Shown here in pieces: positions 55,681 through 64,000 of a DNA stretch of 64,000 bases. The notes under the pieces are model-generated. The model saw nothing but the letters and a program-made list of their open reading frames with translations. It was not told the origin of the DNA and made no database searches. Source of the DNA: a virus; IMG/VR virus record IMGVR_UViG_3300044631_002648, positions 6,424 to 70,423 of that record, one strand, 5' to 3'. Every line of letters starts with the position of its first letter. The stretch's first letter is position 1. A program made the position numbers and the translations under genes.

Positions 55681-56628
55681 TCAGCCTTCTTGATAGACCG
55701 AAATAAAGATGCTGCCGCTCTTCAGGAGCGGCATTACGAAATCACGTAGATGCACATTATGCATACGCACGCAACCGTGAGTAGCAAGAAGAGGCTGCAT
55801 GGGCGCCCAAGCGCCTGGCCATCCATTGCCACTACCACCGCCATGCAACATGATTCCTGCGCGTCCCACTTTGGCTTCTTGGCCTTCTAGATCGATCATG
55901 TCAAGGCTGTACCAGCCATAGGCCATGAGCGTACGATCAAACGGAGGCTTGTCACCATTGATTTCATAATCTCGGTAGACAGTGCCCACCTTGTACAAGC
56001 CAGGAGGCGTATCTGTGTTGCGCAGCTTCCATTCGTAATCGCTGCCTTGTCCACGGGCCAGAGCGGGAAGCTCCCACAAGAGCTTCCCTTCGGCATTGAA
56101 ACACTTGGCAGTTTCCACTACGTCATTAACGACGATGTGATGGTCGCCAGTTTTGAAGCCGAATTCTTTAGGAGATTTTTTAGGGCCAATCATGGGAGAA
56201 GTGCGAGTTGATTCAGGGGCATATTCCTTCATCAATCGCGATAATTTAGCAGGGTATTCTGGATCCGTAGCATACGATTGCTCCTTGAGCATTCGCGCCG
56301 CTGCGTAACGATTCGGGGCGTGATTGATACCTTTGAATTGCCGATAGTCTTTGTACCAGCGTGTGACAAGATATTCAATGCATGCAGCAAGGCTTGGGAA
56401 ATCAATAAATCCCGCCTTGATTGTCACCCATTGACCGTCATACCATTCTTGCGTAGTGGTAGTAGTGCCACTACCTTTTGCACCGATGTAATTATGAAGG
56501 CCCGAGGTGTGACGCCCAAATCCACTCTCTAGGCAGCACTGGGCCGCCACAAGCTCAGGATATTTTGCGCCACATCGACGGGCAATTTGAAAGCATTCGT
56601 CCCAGAACGCTCGGTTACTGGGCCACAT
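55681..56628 (-). CDS. endolysin: GH73 glucosaminidase + YkuD-like L,D-transpeptidase domain
   Basis: AAQ..LESG.G, NY.G.KG, YATDP.Y..KL; TPPG.Y, I.LHG...THGCVRM. Confidence 0.88.
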   Translation of the reverse strand: MWPSNRAFWDECFQIARRCGAKYPELVAAQCCLESGFGRHTSGLHNYIGAKGSGTTTTTQEWYDGQWVTIKAGFIDFPSLAACIEYLVTRWYKDYRQFKGINHAPNRYAAARMLKEQSYATDPEYPAKLSRLMKEYAPESTRTSPMIGPKKSPKEFGFKTGDHHIVVNDVVETAKCFNAEGKLLWELPALARGQGSDYEWKLRNTDTPPGLYKVGTVYRDYEINGDKPPFDRTLMAYGWYSLDMIDLEGQEAKVGRAGIMLHGGGSGNGWPGAWAPMQPLLATHGCVRMHNVHLRDFVMPLLKSGSIFISVYQEG

Positions 56629-56632
56629 TGCT

Positions 56633-56776
56633 TTAGCCCTTCACACGGAAAATAGCTTTCAGGCCTGTCATTACAAGCTGAATGATGTTGTTTTCTTTGT
56701 AAGGCGTTTTTTCAATGATTTGATCGGCCGCGGCAATAATGATGCCACCAACCACGAACCATTCAATGCTGCCCAT
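56633..56776 (-). CDS. small membrane protein (holin candidate)
   Basis: Own translation MGSIEWFVVGGIIIAAADQIIEKTPYKENNIIQLVMTGLKAIFRVKG just upstream of the lysin. Confidence 0.6.
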   Translation of the reverse strand: MGSIEWFVVGGIIIAAADQIIEKTPYKENNIIQLVMTGLKAIFRVKG

Positions 56777-56805
56777 TGGAAATCTCCGAGAGGGTTTCTT
56801 TTAGC

Positions 56806-57033
56806 CTAGCGACGAATTTCCAAGCTTCTCACCCGTGCCTCTAGCTGTTGCACGTTTTCAGTGAGTGTGTCCAAATTTTTAGTAATTGCTTCCACTTGCG
56901 TGGTGATGCGAATTTGCTGTTGCCCTACAGCAATCATCATGCCACCAGAAGCCAATAGCATTCCTGCCGTGACTGTTGCCACAAAGTTTGCAAGTCCTTC
57001 TTTCACTGCTAGCTTTGTAGCATTTTCCTCCAT
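56806..57033 (-). CDS. membrane protein with coiled coil (lysis cassette)
   Basis: TM helix followed by heptads. Confidence 0.55.
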   Translation of the reverse strand: MEENATKLAVKEGLANFVATVTAGMLLASGGMMIAVGQQQIRITTQVEAITKNLDTLTENVQQLEARVRSLEIRR

Positions 57034-57098
57034 ATTAACACCATCTCACTGTTCAAATTGAGACGATAGATTAGTGTCAGCCAACTGAAGATAGCGTC

Positions 57099-57623
57099 AT
57101 GTTTGTGGCGTATGAGCCCGATGATTACATCACTGGCCTCATTGAATTGCGCAAGTCGGACGCCACGCGACGCTTCAGGAAATCCATCTTTGACGACTAT
57201 CCGCTTCGCGGCCCGCTAGGGCAGTCCGCGTGCGCTTATTGCGGGCGATGGAATGAAAAGTTAACGATTGATCACATTGTTCCCAAGAGCAAAGGCGGCC
57301 CTCACTTCGCCCGCTGGAACATGGTGCCCGCTTGCAAGCGTTGCAATTTGGCCAAAACTGATTTGCCAGTGTTTGAATGGTGGCGTCCCACTGATCAATG
57401 GTCAAAACAGCGAGAGGAAGTGTTGATGGCCTGGACCTACGCCAATAGCTTCATCGATGCCCATACTGACAGTGATGAATACTGGCGCTTCTTGGCTGAA
57501 AAGCGCGTGGTGCAGAATGAAATAGTGCGTCGCATTAAAAAAGGGCCATTTCGTGGCCCTTTTTCTTTAGCCGATTTGGGAGACGTGGGAGGATTAATCG
57601 ACAATGGCTGGGCTGCTGCTTAG
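57099..57623 (+). CDS. HNH endonuclease
   Basis: CAYCG...LTIDHIVPKSKGG....N.VPAC..CN. Confidence 0.9.
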   Translation: MFVAYEPDDYITGLIELRKSDATRRFRKSIFDDYPLRGPLGQSACAYCGRWNEKLTIDHIVPKSKGGPHFARWNMVPACKRCNLAKTDLPVFEWWRPTDQWSKQREEVLMAWTYANSFIDAHTDSDEYWRFLAEKRVVQNEIVRRIKKGPFRGPFSLADLGDVGGLIDNGWAAA

Positions 57624-57756
57624 TCTTAGCAATTGGATTTTGCGTTCTTCGACAAGGTGTGCGGAGGATACGCAACTTTTTAAACCGAGCGATGGGAAGG
57701 AAATTTCATAAACTTCCTGATCATGGCAATCCACGTAGAGGCGCACTTCTGCATCG

Positions 57757-57993
57757 TCAGGGCTCATGCTTAATGGCCTCCAGAGTGAGATTGAGCTCTT
57801 TGATTTGACGCTCTGGCCAATCTCGTGTTTCCTTCAAACCTTTCACAAGGTCATCAACGAACGCTTTAGCGCCACTGTCTTTAGCATCGTCGCAAAGATA
57901 TTCGGAAATGGTGTCCAGCAAGCGCTCATAGCGCTGTTGGCGCCATTGACACTGCCAGTCAGTTTCAGTATTGGGAGCGTGTTCAATTGTCAT
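57757..57993 (-). CDS. hypothetical protein
   Basis: ORF track. Confidence 0.5.
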   Translation of the reverse strand: MTIEHAPNTETDWQCQWRQQRYERLLDTISEYLCDDAKDSGAKAFVDDLVKGLKETRDWPERQIKELNLTLEAIKHEP

Positions 57994-58237
57994 AGCGAAC
58001 ATCAGGAGCGAAGGCATCAGTGATTTCTTTCATTGCATCGTATTTGACGAGATGATTTAGATACCACTGTGCCTTACGAAGATCTTCACGGCCATTCTTA
58101 TGGCGTTCACGCCAAACATATTTGGCGATGTTCCCTTTTAAAAAGCCGCGAAATTCTTCTGGCGTAAGCTGAGCCTCGATGGCTTCAATGCATTCAATGG
58201 AGCCCTCCGCCGTGTAATGGTCGGGAGAGTTGACCAT
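57983..58237 (-). CDS. DUF3310 protein
   Basis: VNSPDHY...IECIEAI...GFLKGN..KY.WR..HKNG.EDL.KA.WYL. Confidence 0.9.
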   Translation of the reverse strand: MVNSPDHYTAEGSIECIEAIEAQLTPEEFRGFLKGNIAKYVWRERHKNGREDLRKAQWYLNHLVKYDAMKEITDAFAPDVRYDN

Positions 58238-58244
58238 ATTTAGT

Positions 58245-58958
58245 TTAGAAGGAGGAGTCATTGGCTTTGAAGGCTGCGAAAGCTTCGCTAACAATAGGCT
58301 CAGCCAGTTCTGCAAGGCAGTCGGCATAGGCACGAATTTCCCATTGTGCGTCGGAAGGCTGACGCAAGCTCAGGAAATGCAGGAGTGCCTGAAGGCTGCA
58401 GGTCCAGACGAAGCTCGTGTAGTGGCACGTCGGCAGGATGCCACGTGCCTGCTCTTTGCTCACACCAACGGCCAGAAGCGTGGAATAGGCCTCTCGTATG
58501 GCTTGTAGTGCCTCTGCGTATTTCAGCTCTGCCACACGAGCACTCCCCACATCGAGCGGACCATCAGAAGCTTGCTTATTACTGGTGCTTTGCTTTCTAA
58601 ATTCTTTCGGAAAATAAAACTCTTCGCTATCAGCAGGGCAGTAGCGGAAGCTTTTTTCGTTCCAACCAAGCTGATCATTTGCAAACGTGCCACCAATCAC
58701 ATGCTTCCACCATTGTCTTGCAACGAATAGCGGAGCTTTCACTTGCCATTTGAAGACAACTCCCCTGAAAGGGCTGGTATGTCGATGGGCGACCAAGTAA
58801 TTGAGAAGTTTTTGTTCCCTTGGTCCAAATTCTGGACTTTCAAGGTCAAAGCTTTGCCGCGCATCACAAACAATGTCCATTGAGCTTCCCATCCAATCGA
58901 GAAGCCGAACACTGCCAATGCCGTCACCGAGGGGATCATGGATGGTGAAATCAGTCAT
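58245..58958 (-). CDS. thyX: flavin-dependent thymidylate synthase
   Basis: H.SPF, AP.FVARQW.KH, NEKS.RY, EQARG.LP, AQWEIR. Confidence 0.93.
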   Translation of the reverse strand: MTDFTIHDPLGDGIGSVRLLDWMGSSMDIVCDARQSFDLESPEFGPREQKLLNYLVAHRHTSPFRGVVFKWQVKAPLFVARQWWKHVIGGTFANDQLGWNEKSFRYCPADSEEFYFPKEFRKQSTSNKQASDGPLDVGSARVAELKYAEALQAIREAYSTLLAVGVSKEQARGILPTCHYTSFVWTCSLQALLHFLSLRQPSDAQWEIRAYADCLAELAEPIVSEAFAAFKANDSSF

Positions 58959-59317
58959 TGTTCTGGGCGAAGTCTTGAAATTGCTGATAAACCAATGCGG
59001 GCAGGATGTTGGTCACCTTCATCCCAAGCCACTCGTGCTTTTTGAACTGCTCTGCCTTTTCTGTCCTGTTCGGTTTCAAGAGAAAGAACCGTTCCTTTGA
59101 ATCCTGAATATATCCATCCATCAGAAGTGAGTGATACCAAGACCACCCGTTGTCCTGTGGTGAAGGGAGCATGTTTTGGAGTGCGAAGTGACTGACGAAA
59201 CGGCATTCTCGGGAGAACCGTAATCAAAGGTTCGGCATCTTGTGCAGATTCCACTGGCCGTACAAATGTCTTCCGCCTATCGCGCAGGGTTACGCTAGAG
59301 GAAAACGAAAGAGCCAT
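58955..59317 (-). CDS. hypothetical protein (KOW-like C-terminus)
   Basis: ATGA overlap with thyX; start uncertain. Confidence 0.45.
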   Translation of the reverse strand: MALSFSSSVTLRDRRKTFVRPVESAQDAEPLITVLPRMPFRQSLRTPKHAPFTTGQRVVLVSLTSDGWIYSGFKGTVLSLETEQDRKGRAVQKARVAWDEGDQHPARIGLSAISRLRPEQ

Positions 59318-59696
59318 GCAGTACAGCGTTCCAGTGGTGGTTGATTACGATGGGAAGAAATGCATTGCAGCTATGGGTCCGTTTGAGCGCAGCATGGAGC
59401 GGGAATTCTCGCTTGCCGTCAATAAGAAGGCAATTGCAGAATGCAGCGACATGGAGCAGCTCAAAGAAGTGGCTACCAACCTTCTGGTGGGATTTAGCAA
59501 TCTGCAGGGGGCCGTAGGCGGTTTGATCAAAGAGAACATGCAACTGCGTCATGCAATCGGCTTGCGTGAAGCTGATTTACAAGCCGCAGAGGAGCTTATG
59601 AATCATGCAGCGACGCTTCTAGAACAGCAGCAATCATCTGGGCCCAACAAGCCTCCCCAATCTTCTCAATCCAAGTGGCGTCTGTGGCCGTGGTAG
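59316..59696 (+). CDS. hypothetical coiled-coil protein
   Basis: ORF track. Confidence 0.5.
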   Translation: MQYSVPVVVDYDGKKCIAAMGPFERSMEREFSLAVNKKAIAECSDMEQLKEVATNLLVGFSNLQGAVGGLIKENMQLRHAIGLREADLQAAEELMNHAATLLEQQQSSGPNKPPQSSQSKWRLWPW

Positions 59697-59997
59697 ACGT
59701 AAGGAGAAATACTTTCCAACCACCCATCATGGCCAGATTGTATTTTCTTGCATCGCGGTCATAACCAGAGCCCGATACATGGCGGCCCCTCATGTAGGTG
59801 CCGCCTTGTATCTCGATTAGAGACTTGCTTTCGATGTGAGCGAAATCAGCTCTATATCGCTTGGATCGTTTGCTTTTGGCATAGCGCTCTTGAAAATCTG
59901 CTTCCCAAGTTGGCACATCACTGAACTCGCGAACAAGCTCTAATTGGGGCCACTGGACTTTCCACTCATCGTGGAATTTATCCTCAAGAGCGCTCAC
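59596..59997 (-). CDS. PD-(D/E)XK (DUF559/Vsr-like) endonuclease
   Basis: YRADFA...IEIQGG....GRH...GY..D..KYN.A...GW. Confidence 0.8.
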   Translation of the reverse strand: MSALEDKFHDEWKVQWPQLELVREFSDVPTWEADFQERYAKSKRSKRYRADFAHIESKSLIEIQGGTYMRGRHVSGSGYDRDARKYNLAMMGGWKVFLLTSTTATDATWIEKIGEACWAQMIAAVLEASLHDS

Positions 59998-60001
59998 AAG
60001 A

Positions 60002-60571
60002 TCATACTTTCGCAGCAGTTACGCTAGCGCCTTGATCTTGATACTTACCTTCGTAAGGCTTGCTCACTTCACCACAGCGAAACAACACCACTTGAGCAAC
60101 GCCTTCATTTGCATACACGCGAATGTAGCGGTCAGTGGGATTGACGAAGCTCATCGTTAGGTAGCCACACCAGCCAGGTTCGATGGGAGTGATGTTGGCA
60201 ATGAGACCAGCGCGTGCATAGGTGGATTTACCCCAGCACAGTCCCATCACATCGTTTGGCATGTCAAACCGTTCGATGCTCACGCCAAGACCAATGGCAT
60301 GTGGAGGAATAATAAAGAACGAGCCTTTCTCATCCTGTACCAGGCCTGTTGTGATGCCCTCAGGAGCATCTTTCACATCGAAGGTGGATGTGGCTTGCGG
60401 CGATGCGTGAACGATGAATTGCTTAGAAGACAGGCGAATGTCATAGCCGCTTTGACTAAGGCCAAAGCTTAGAGCAGGCTTGCCGTCAACAACTTTTGTC
60501 TTTTCGCCCACATAGGGCATGAAAATGTCGTTTTCAGCGAGTTTGCTGATTTCGATGTCGTTAAGGAGCAT
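60002..60571 (-). CDS. dcd: dCTP deaminase
   Basis: SFGLS.SGYDIRL, GKSTYARAG, TPIEPGW.G, YANEG.AQ, GKYQ.Q. Confidence 0.93.
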   Translation of the reverse strand: MLLNDIEISKLAENDIFMPYVGEKTKVVDGKPALSFGLSQSGYDIRLSSKQFIVHASPQATSTFDVKDAPEGITTGLVQDEKGSFFIIPPHAIGLGVSIERFDMPNDVMGLCWGKSTYARAGLIANITPIEPGWCGYLTMSFVNPTDRYIRVYANEGVAQVVLFRCGEVSKPYEGKYQDQGASVTAAKV

Positions 60572-60611
60572 GAGGAAAGGGGCGCTTTAGGCGCCCCCGT
60601 AAAGGAACAGA

Positions 60612-60887
60612 TCAGAAGAGATCGTCAGAAGCGGCTTTTTTGCCGCCACCAGCAGCCTTACCAGAGTTGTCCCACATGGAGGCATAACCCTTGGCGCCAT
60701 CGACCTTGCCTTTCACTTGCACTTGGCCAGTGAAGCTGGGCTGAGAGTCGTTGGTTTTGCGGTCGTTAGTCCACAGCGATGCTGCGAGGCTATACATGCC
60801 ACGGTCATTAGGACCAGCTTCCTTGGCCTCGCGGAACACGTCTGCGGGGATGTCAATTGCGACTTTGTAGAGGGGCTGAGAAGCCAT
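60612..60887 (-). CDS. putative ssDNA-binding protein
   Basis: ND.K.....P.FTG beta-rich body, acidic DDLF tail; next to exonuclease/SSAP. Confidence 0.55.
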   Translation of the reverse strand: MASQPLYKVAIDIPADVFREAKEAGPNDRGMYSLAASLWTNDRKTNDSQPSFTGQVQVKGKVDGAKGYASMWDNSGKAAGGGKKAASDDLF

Positions 60888-60934
60888 GGTTGAAAAAGAA
60901 GAACGGAACAAGAGTAGCCACTATGGACGAGGGA

Positions 60935-61696
60935 TCAAGCCCCTTTGTCCATAGAAATTGTGAAGGGCACACGCCCTGGATAGTGCTCAAAGAAGAACTG
61001 TTGAGTCTTCTGCACCATGACGCCAGCTTGGGCTACAAGCTCACTGGCATCGAGGCTCACAATTTGAGCCTCCTCCCCTTCTCCAGTGTCGGGATCGTAA
61101 ATGGCGATAGCGCAATGCGCCTCATTGATTTCGATGTCATACATCTGCTCAATGGCCTGCACGTAGGCTCCAAGCTGCATGCGATAGTCCGCAAGCTGCG
61201 AGTCACTTTTGTGCTTGTAACTGGTTTTCCAATCAAGCAGGGCATAGGCTCCGCTTTTCATGGTGGCAAGCATGTCAAATGTGCCTGCGTAACCAATTTC
61301 CCGAGAAGGGCAATACCAAGAAATGGCGCTTTCGACGAGCTGAGGCTCGTCTATCTGGTCTAGGAAGTCTTGGATGCTTTGGTAATAAGGGAGGAATTGA
61401 GGCGCATTATCAAAATGCGTCTCAATATCCTCCCCATTGAAAAGATCTTCCAACACTCCATGAAGCCAATTGCCACGTTCTACGGCATTGCGCGTACGGC
61501 GATTTGCTTCCGCATCGCCAACACGCTTGCGCCAATTGATTAGCGCCATGGTTTTACCAATTGGGGCGGTGGACGAGGCGACTGTAGTGACAGAAGGCAG
61601 GACGATTCCTGCTGGAACATTTGGCAAATTCTCCGAAACGTAGTATCTTTTCTTGTTTAATTGGAGCCTATTGGGCTCGTAGCGTTTGAATTTCAT
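60935..61696 (-). CDS. PD-(D/E)XK exonuclease
   Basis: PSVTTV, L..WR..VG, RG..LH, YAGTFD, LLDWKTS, QL.AY. Confidence 0.88.
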   Translation of the reverse strand: MKFKRYEPNRLQLNKKRYYVSENLPNVPAGIVLPSVTTVASSTAPIGKTMALINWRKRVGDAEANRRTRNAVERGNWLHGVLEDLFNGEDIETHFDNAPQFLPYYQSIQDFLDQIDEPQLVESAISWYCPSREIGYAGTFDMLATMKSGAYALLDWKTSYKHKSDSQLADYRMQLGAYVQAIEQMYDIEINEAHCAIAIYDPDTGEGEEAQIVSLDASELVAQAGVMVQKTQQFFFEHYPGRVPFTISMDKGA

Positions 61697-61887
61697 TGAT
61701 AATTACGCACGCAATAGGAGCCTGAGATGTAGTAACCCATGGGACAAGTGCTTCCCTGGCGTTGGATGGCATTGCGAGCCGTTTGCGTGGGCACGCAATA
61801 GCCGCTAGAGATGTAGTAGCTGATGGGGCAGGAGCCAGTGCGAGGAAGAGGCTGCGCCAATTGGGCCAAAATGAGAAGAGAAATCAT
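61693..61887 (-). CDS. small secreted Cys-repeat protein
   Basis: Two R.GS.CP..YY.S..YCV repeats after a hydrophobic N-terminus. Confidence 0.65.
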   Translation of the reverse strand: MISLLILAQLAQPLPRTGSCPISYYISSGYCVPTQTARNAIQRQGSTCPMGYYISGSYCVRNYQ

Positions 61888-62213
61888 TTTTCGTTCACAT
61901 CCCAGAAGTATTCGCAGCCCTCTTCATCACAGGGTGGTGCTGCAAACTGTGACTGCCATTTGCTCGCAGGCGCAAGATAACGCCAGCAGTTTTCCTTAAT
62001 AGGGCATCCATCTCCCGTACACATTGCAATGTCAGGCATGAGGTGTCGATTAATAAACGGCTTAAGAAACGCAGGATCAAGAAGACCATCATTAATAACA
62101 CAAGCAAGCAAAGCCGCAATGCGTTTTGGACTATCAATGAGATCATCTGGAAAACTCCAATAGGCCTCATTAGCCTTCTCCCACCATTGTTTTTTGAATG
62201 CGTTTTCCTGCAT
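61884..62213 (-). CDS. hypothetical protein with Cys-rich C-terminus
   Basis: DIAMC.G.GCP.KE.C.RY...CEYFW; start uncertain. Confidence 0.5.
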   Translation of the reverse strand: MQENAFKKQWWEKANEAYWSFPDDLIDSPKRIAALLACVINDGLLDPAFLKPFINRHLMPDIAMCTGDGCPIKENCWRYLAPASKWQSQFAAPPCDEEGCEYFWDVNEK

Positions 62214-62427
62214 CGATGATGCCTTGGCGATGCTCGCTGATGTATTCATCAAAGGCTTGAAGAATGGTGCTTTGAAAGAAGCCGCAGCCCATGAGGTAGC
62301 AGGCAAAATCTTCTACAAGCTCTGGAGCTGCCTCTTTATAGGAAGTGAAAGTCACTTCATAAGAAGGAGCGCCAAAGCGATCAACAAATGAATGGGTCCA
62401 TTTGTGGGGCATCACTTGGAGGTCCAT
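62170..62427 (-). CDS. hypothetical protein
   Basis: ORF track. Confidence 0.5.
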   Translation of the reverse strand: MDLQVMPHKWTHSFVDRFGAPSYEVTFTSYKEAAPELVEDFACYLMGCGFFQSTILQAFDEYISEHRQGIIDAGKRIQKTMVGEG

Positions 62428-62606
62428 AGCCGTGCTATGCGAAGGATGAGAAAAGCGCTGACAGTTGCTGTACCAGCCAATACGAGAAACAGGCCGAGCG
62501 GGTCATGCTGAAAGTAAGTGGGGAGGAAGCTCAGTAATGGGACCATCGTTTTCGTCAAAGGCGATTTCTCCAGCGAAGGCCCTCGCTAAGAGGGCCGCCG
62601 CCACAT

Positions 62607-63527
62607 CTACTTTTTTGCTTCTGCAAATGCCTTGACACTGGCAATGGCAGTATCAACTCCCTGTGCGCAGCCATCACGAATGGCATCAAGGTCTTTAGTG
62701 ATTTGCGCTTTTGTCACCTTCACGCCAGTTTCCTTCACCCAAGAAGTGACAAGAGTGGTGATTACATTGCCAAAAGTGGCAAGATCTTTCACTTCAGTGG
62801 CACGAGAAAAGCCGACGTTCTCAAGGGCGCTCTTAGCTGCAAGCTGACAGGTGCGCTCATCTGTCATACCAAGTGGATTGGCAGCGCAAAAGCTCACGAG
62901 GGCTTCTTTGCAATCAAAACTAGAAGTGCCACCAGAAGCCTCCGCTGTTGAAGGTGCAGCCTGTTTGGCCACAGGAGCAGACTTTGGGGAATCTTGCTGG
63001 AGAGCAGGACGTGCTTGACGTTGATCTTCCTCTTTGGGAATGTCTTCACCTGCATAGAGACGCAGACCGAGGCCAGTGAAGGTGGCAATGCACTTAACTG
63101 CAGCACGCTGACAATTGTCGCTAATGGCGCGACCGTCTAGTTCTTTGATGGCATTGTGCTTCCGATCCATTACAGGGAAGATCAGAGAGACAGTACGACG
63201 GCAACCATCAGTGAGATAAGGGCGAAGGTAGTAATACCCAGGACCGCCAAAAACCACTTCACCAATGGTTTTCTCTTCAAAAGCGACGAAATACGTCGGG
63301 AAATGTTCTTTGAGATAGCGGTAAGCAAAGGGCCAGGAGAGGTAGGAGAGGCCTTTGTAGTCCTTCTCAATGTGAGGACCAATGTCAGGGGTGTCGTATG
63401 CAGCCTTAAAAGCTTCGGCACTGATTTCAAGGGGAGAGAACACGCCGTTGTAACGGTCGAGCATGGACTGTTGAGCAGGATCGGAAGACATGAGAGAAGG
63501 GAAGATGGGCGAGTTTGGAACGTTCAT
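62607..63527 (-). CDS. Sak3/DUF1071-like single-strand annealing protein
   Basis: LSYLSW..A, PVMD.K.NAI, QR..VK.IA..GLGL.LYAGED.P. Confidence 0.85.
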   Translation of the reverse strand: MNVPNSPIFPSLMSSDPAQQSMLDRYNGVFSPLEISAEAFKAAYDTPDIGPHIEKDYKGLSYLSWPFAYRYLKEHFPTYFVAFEEKTIGEVVFGGPGYYYLRPYLTDGCRRTVSLIFPVMDRKHNAIKELDGRAISDNCQRAAVKCIATFTGLGLRLYAGEDIPKEEDQRQARPALQQDSPKSAPVAKQAAPSTAEASGGTSSFDCKEALVSFCAANPLGMTDERTCQLAAKSALENVGFSRATEVKDLATFGNVITTLVTSWVKETGVKVTKAQITKDLDAIRDGCAQGVDTAIASVKAFAEAKK

Positions 63528-63802
63528 CGGTAGCTCATCACAGGGATGTTGGCTCGTTTGTTCTCGTCTGATGCGTCATAAAAGATGACGAGATACTTTC
63601 CTGGCTGCTCTGCATCGCCAATAACAATGCTTTGACCAGGAAGGGGCCAGTCATTTACTTGACGAATGTCTGAAATGACTTCGCATTGATGTTCATCAAA
63701 GATGTCGTCGTAAACGACAGCTTCGCAATACAGTTTCACTTCGCAATCTTCATTGGTGCGAAGGTAACCATCGAGATGGTTGCGTAGTTCAGAAGCTTTC
63801 AT
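63524..63802 (-). CDS. hypothetical protein
   Basis: ORF track. Confidence 0.5.
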   Translation of the reverse strand: MKASELRNHLDGYLRTNEDCEVKLYCEAVVYDDIFDEHQCEVISDIRQVNDWPLPGQSIVIGDAEQPGKYLVIFYDASDENKRANIPVMSYR

Positions 63803-63998
63803 CGGGGAAAAGGGCGGAGGGGTCTACCGATTCCTGCGTATGGTCGAAGCATTGCTCCCATGCATTGTCTGCGAGGGTGGCGCTTCCTTCCCATACGGGA
63901 GTGGAGCGAATGAGACGCTCCAGAGTTTCACTGTTGGACTTTCGGGCTTCATGGGCAATGTCGCCCAAGTGATTGAAAGCGGTGTCGGTGAGGGTGAC
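63789..63998 (-). CDS. ribbon-helix-helix-like protein, 5' end outside the window
   Basis: VTLTDTAFNHLGDIAHEARKSNSETLERLIR. Confidence 0.55.
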   Translation of the reverse strand, partial: VTLTDTAFNHLGDIAHEARKSNSETLERLIRSTPVWEGSATLADNAWEQCFDHTQESVDPSALFPDESF

Positions 63999-64000
63999 GT

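Noticed and set aside
60935-61696. Cas4 of a CRISPR system
   Set aside because: It lacks the Fe-S Cys cluster, sits in a recombination context with SSAP and SSB, and there is no array.

Overview
The window is a 64-kb stretch of a tailed (siphovirus-like, lambda-type tail tip) bacteriophage. It most likely infects picocyanobacteria, judged from a CP12-like gene, a cyanophage-type RNR, a glutamine-II riboswitch and cyanobacterial LexA boxes. From left to right it holds small early genes (0.5-3.3 kb), an unusual ~4.4-kb island (about 3650-8030), a hairpin cluster that may be an origin, RNR/HNH/phosphoesterase genes, riboswitch + tRNA-Thr + CP12, an inverted terminase, a head module with two glycosyltransferases and a methyltransferase, tail and fibre genes, lysis genes and a reverse-strand DNA-metabolism block (ThyX, Dcd, exonuclease, Sak3-like SSAP). 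The strongest novelty candidate is the island. About 12 plausible genes, including a GP88-like protein, are written in a reduced sequence vocabulary: adenines sit mostly in GAG/GAT on both strands, and AC/GT, AA and TA are scarce. It is bracketed by clusters of host LexA- and Fur-type boxes, and its transcription units start with conserved GMGA-loop hairpins. This suggests a first-injected, defence-evading genome end. Also notable are a likely -1 frameshift in the head module, apparent window-wide CCGG avoidance, a CNCAAA-loop hairpin family and two unexplained structured RNA candidates. All family calls come from motif recognition by eye, with no database search.
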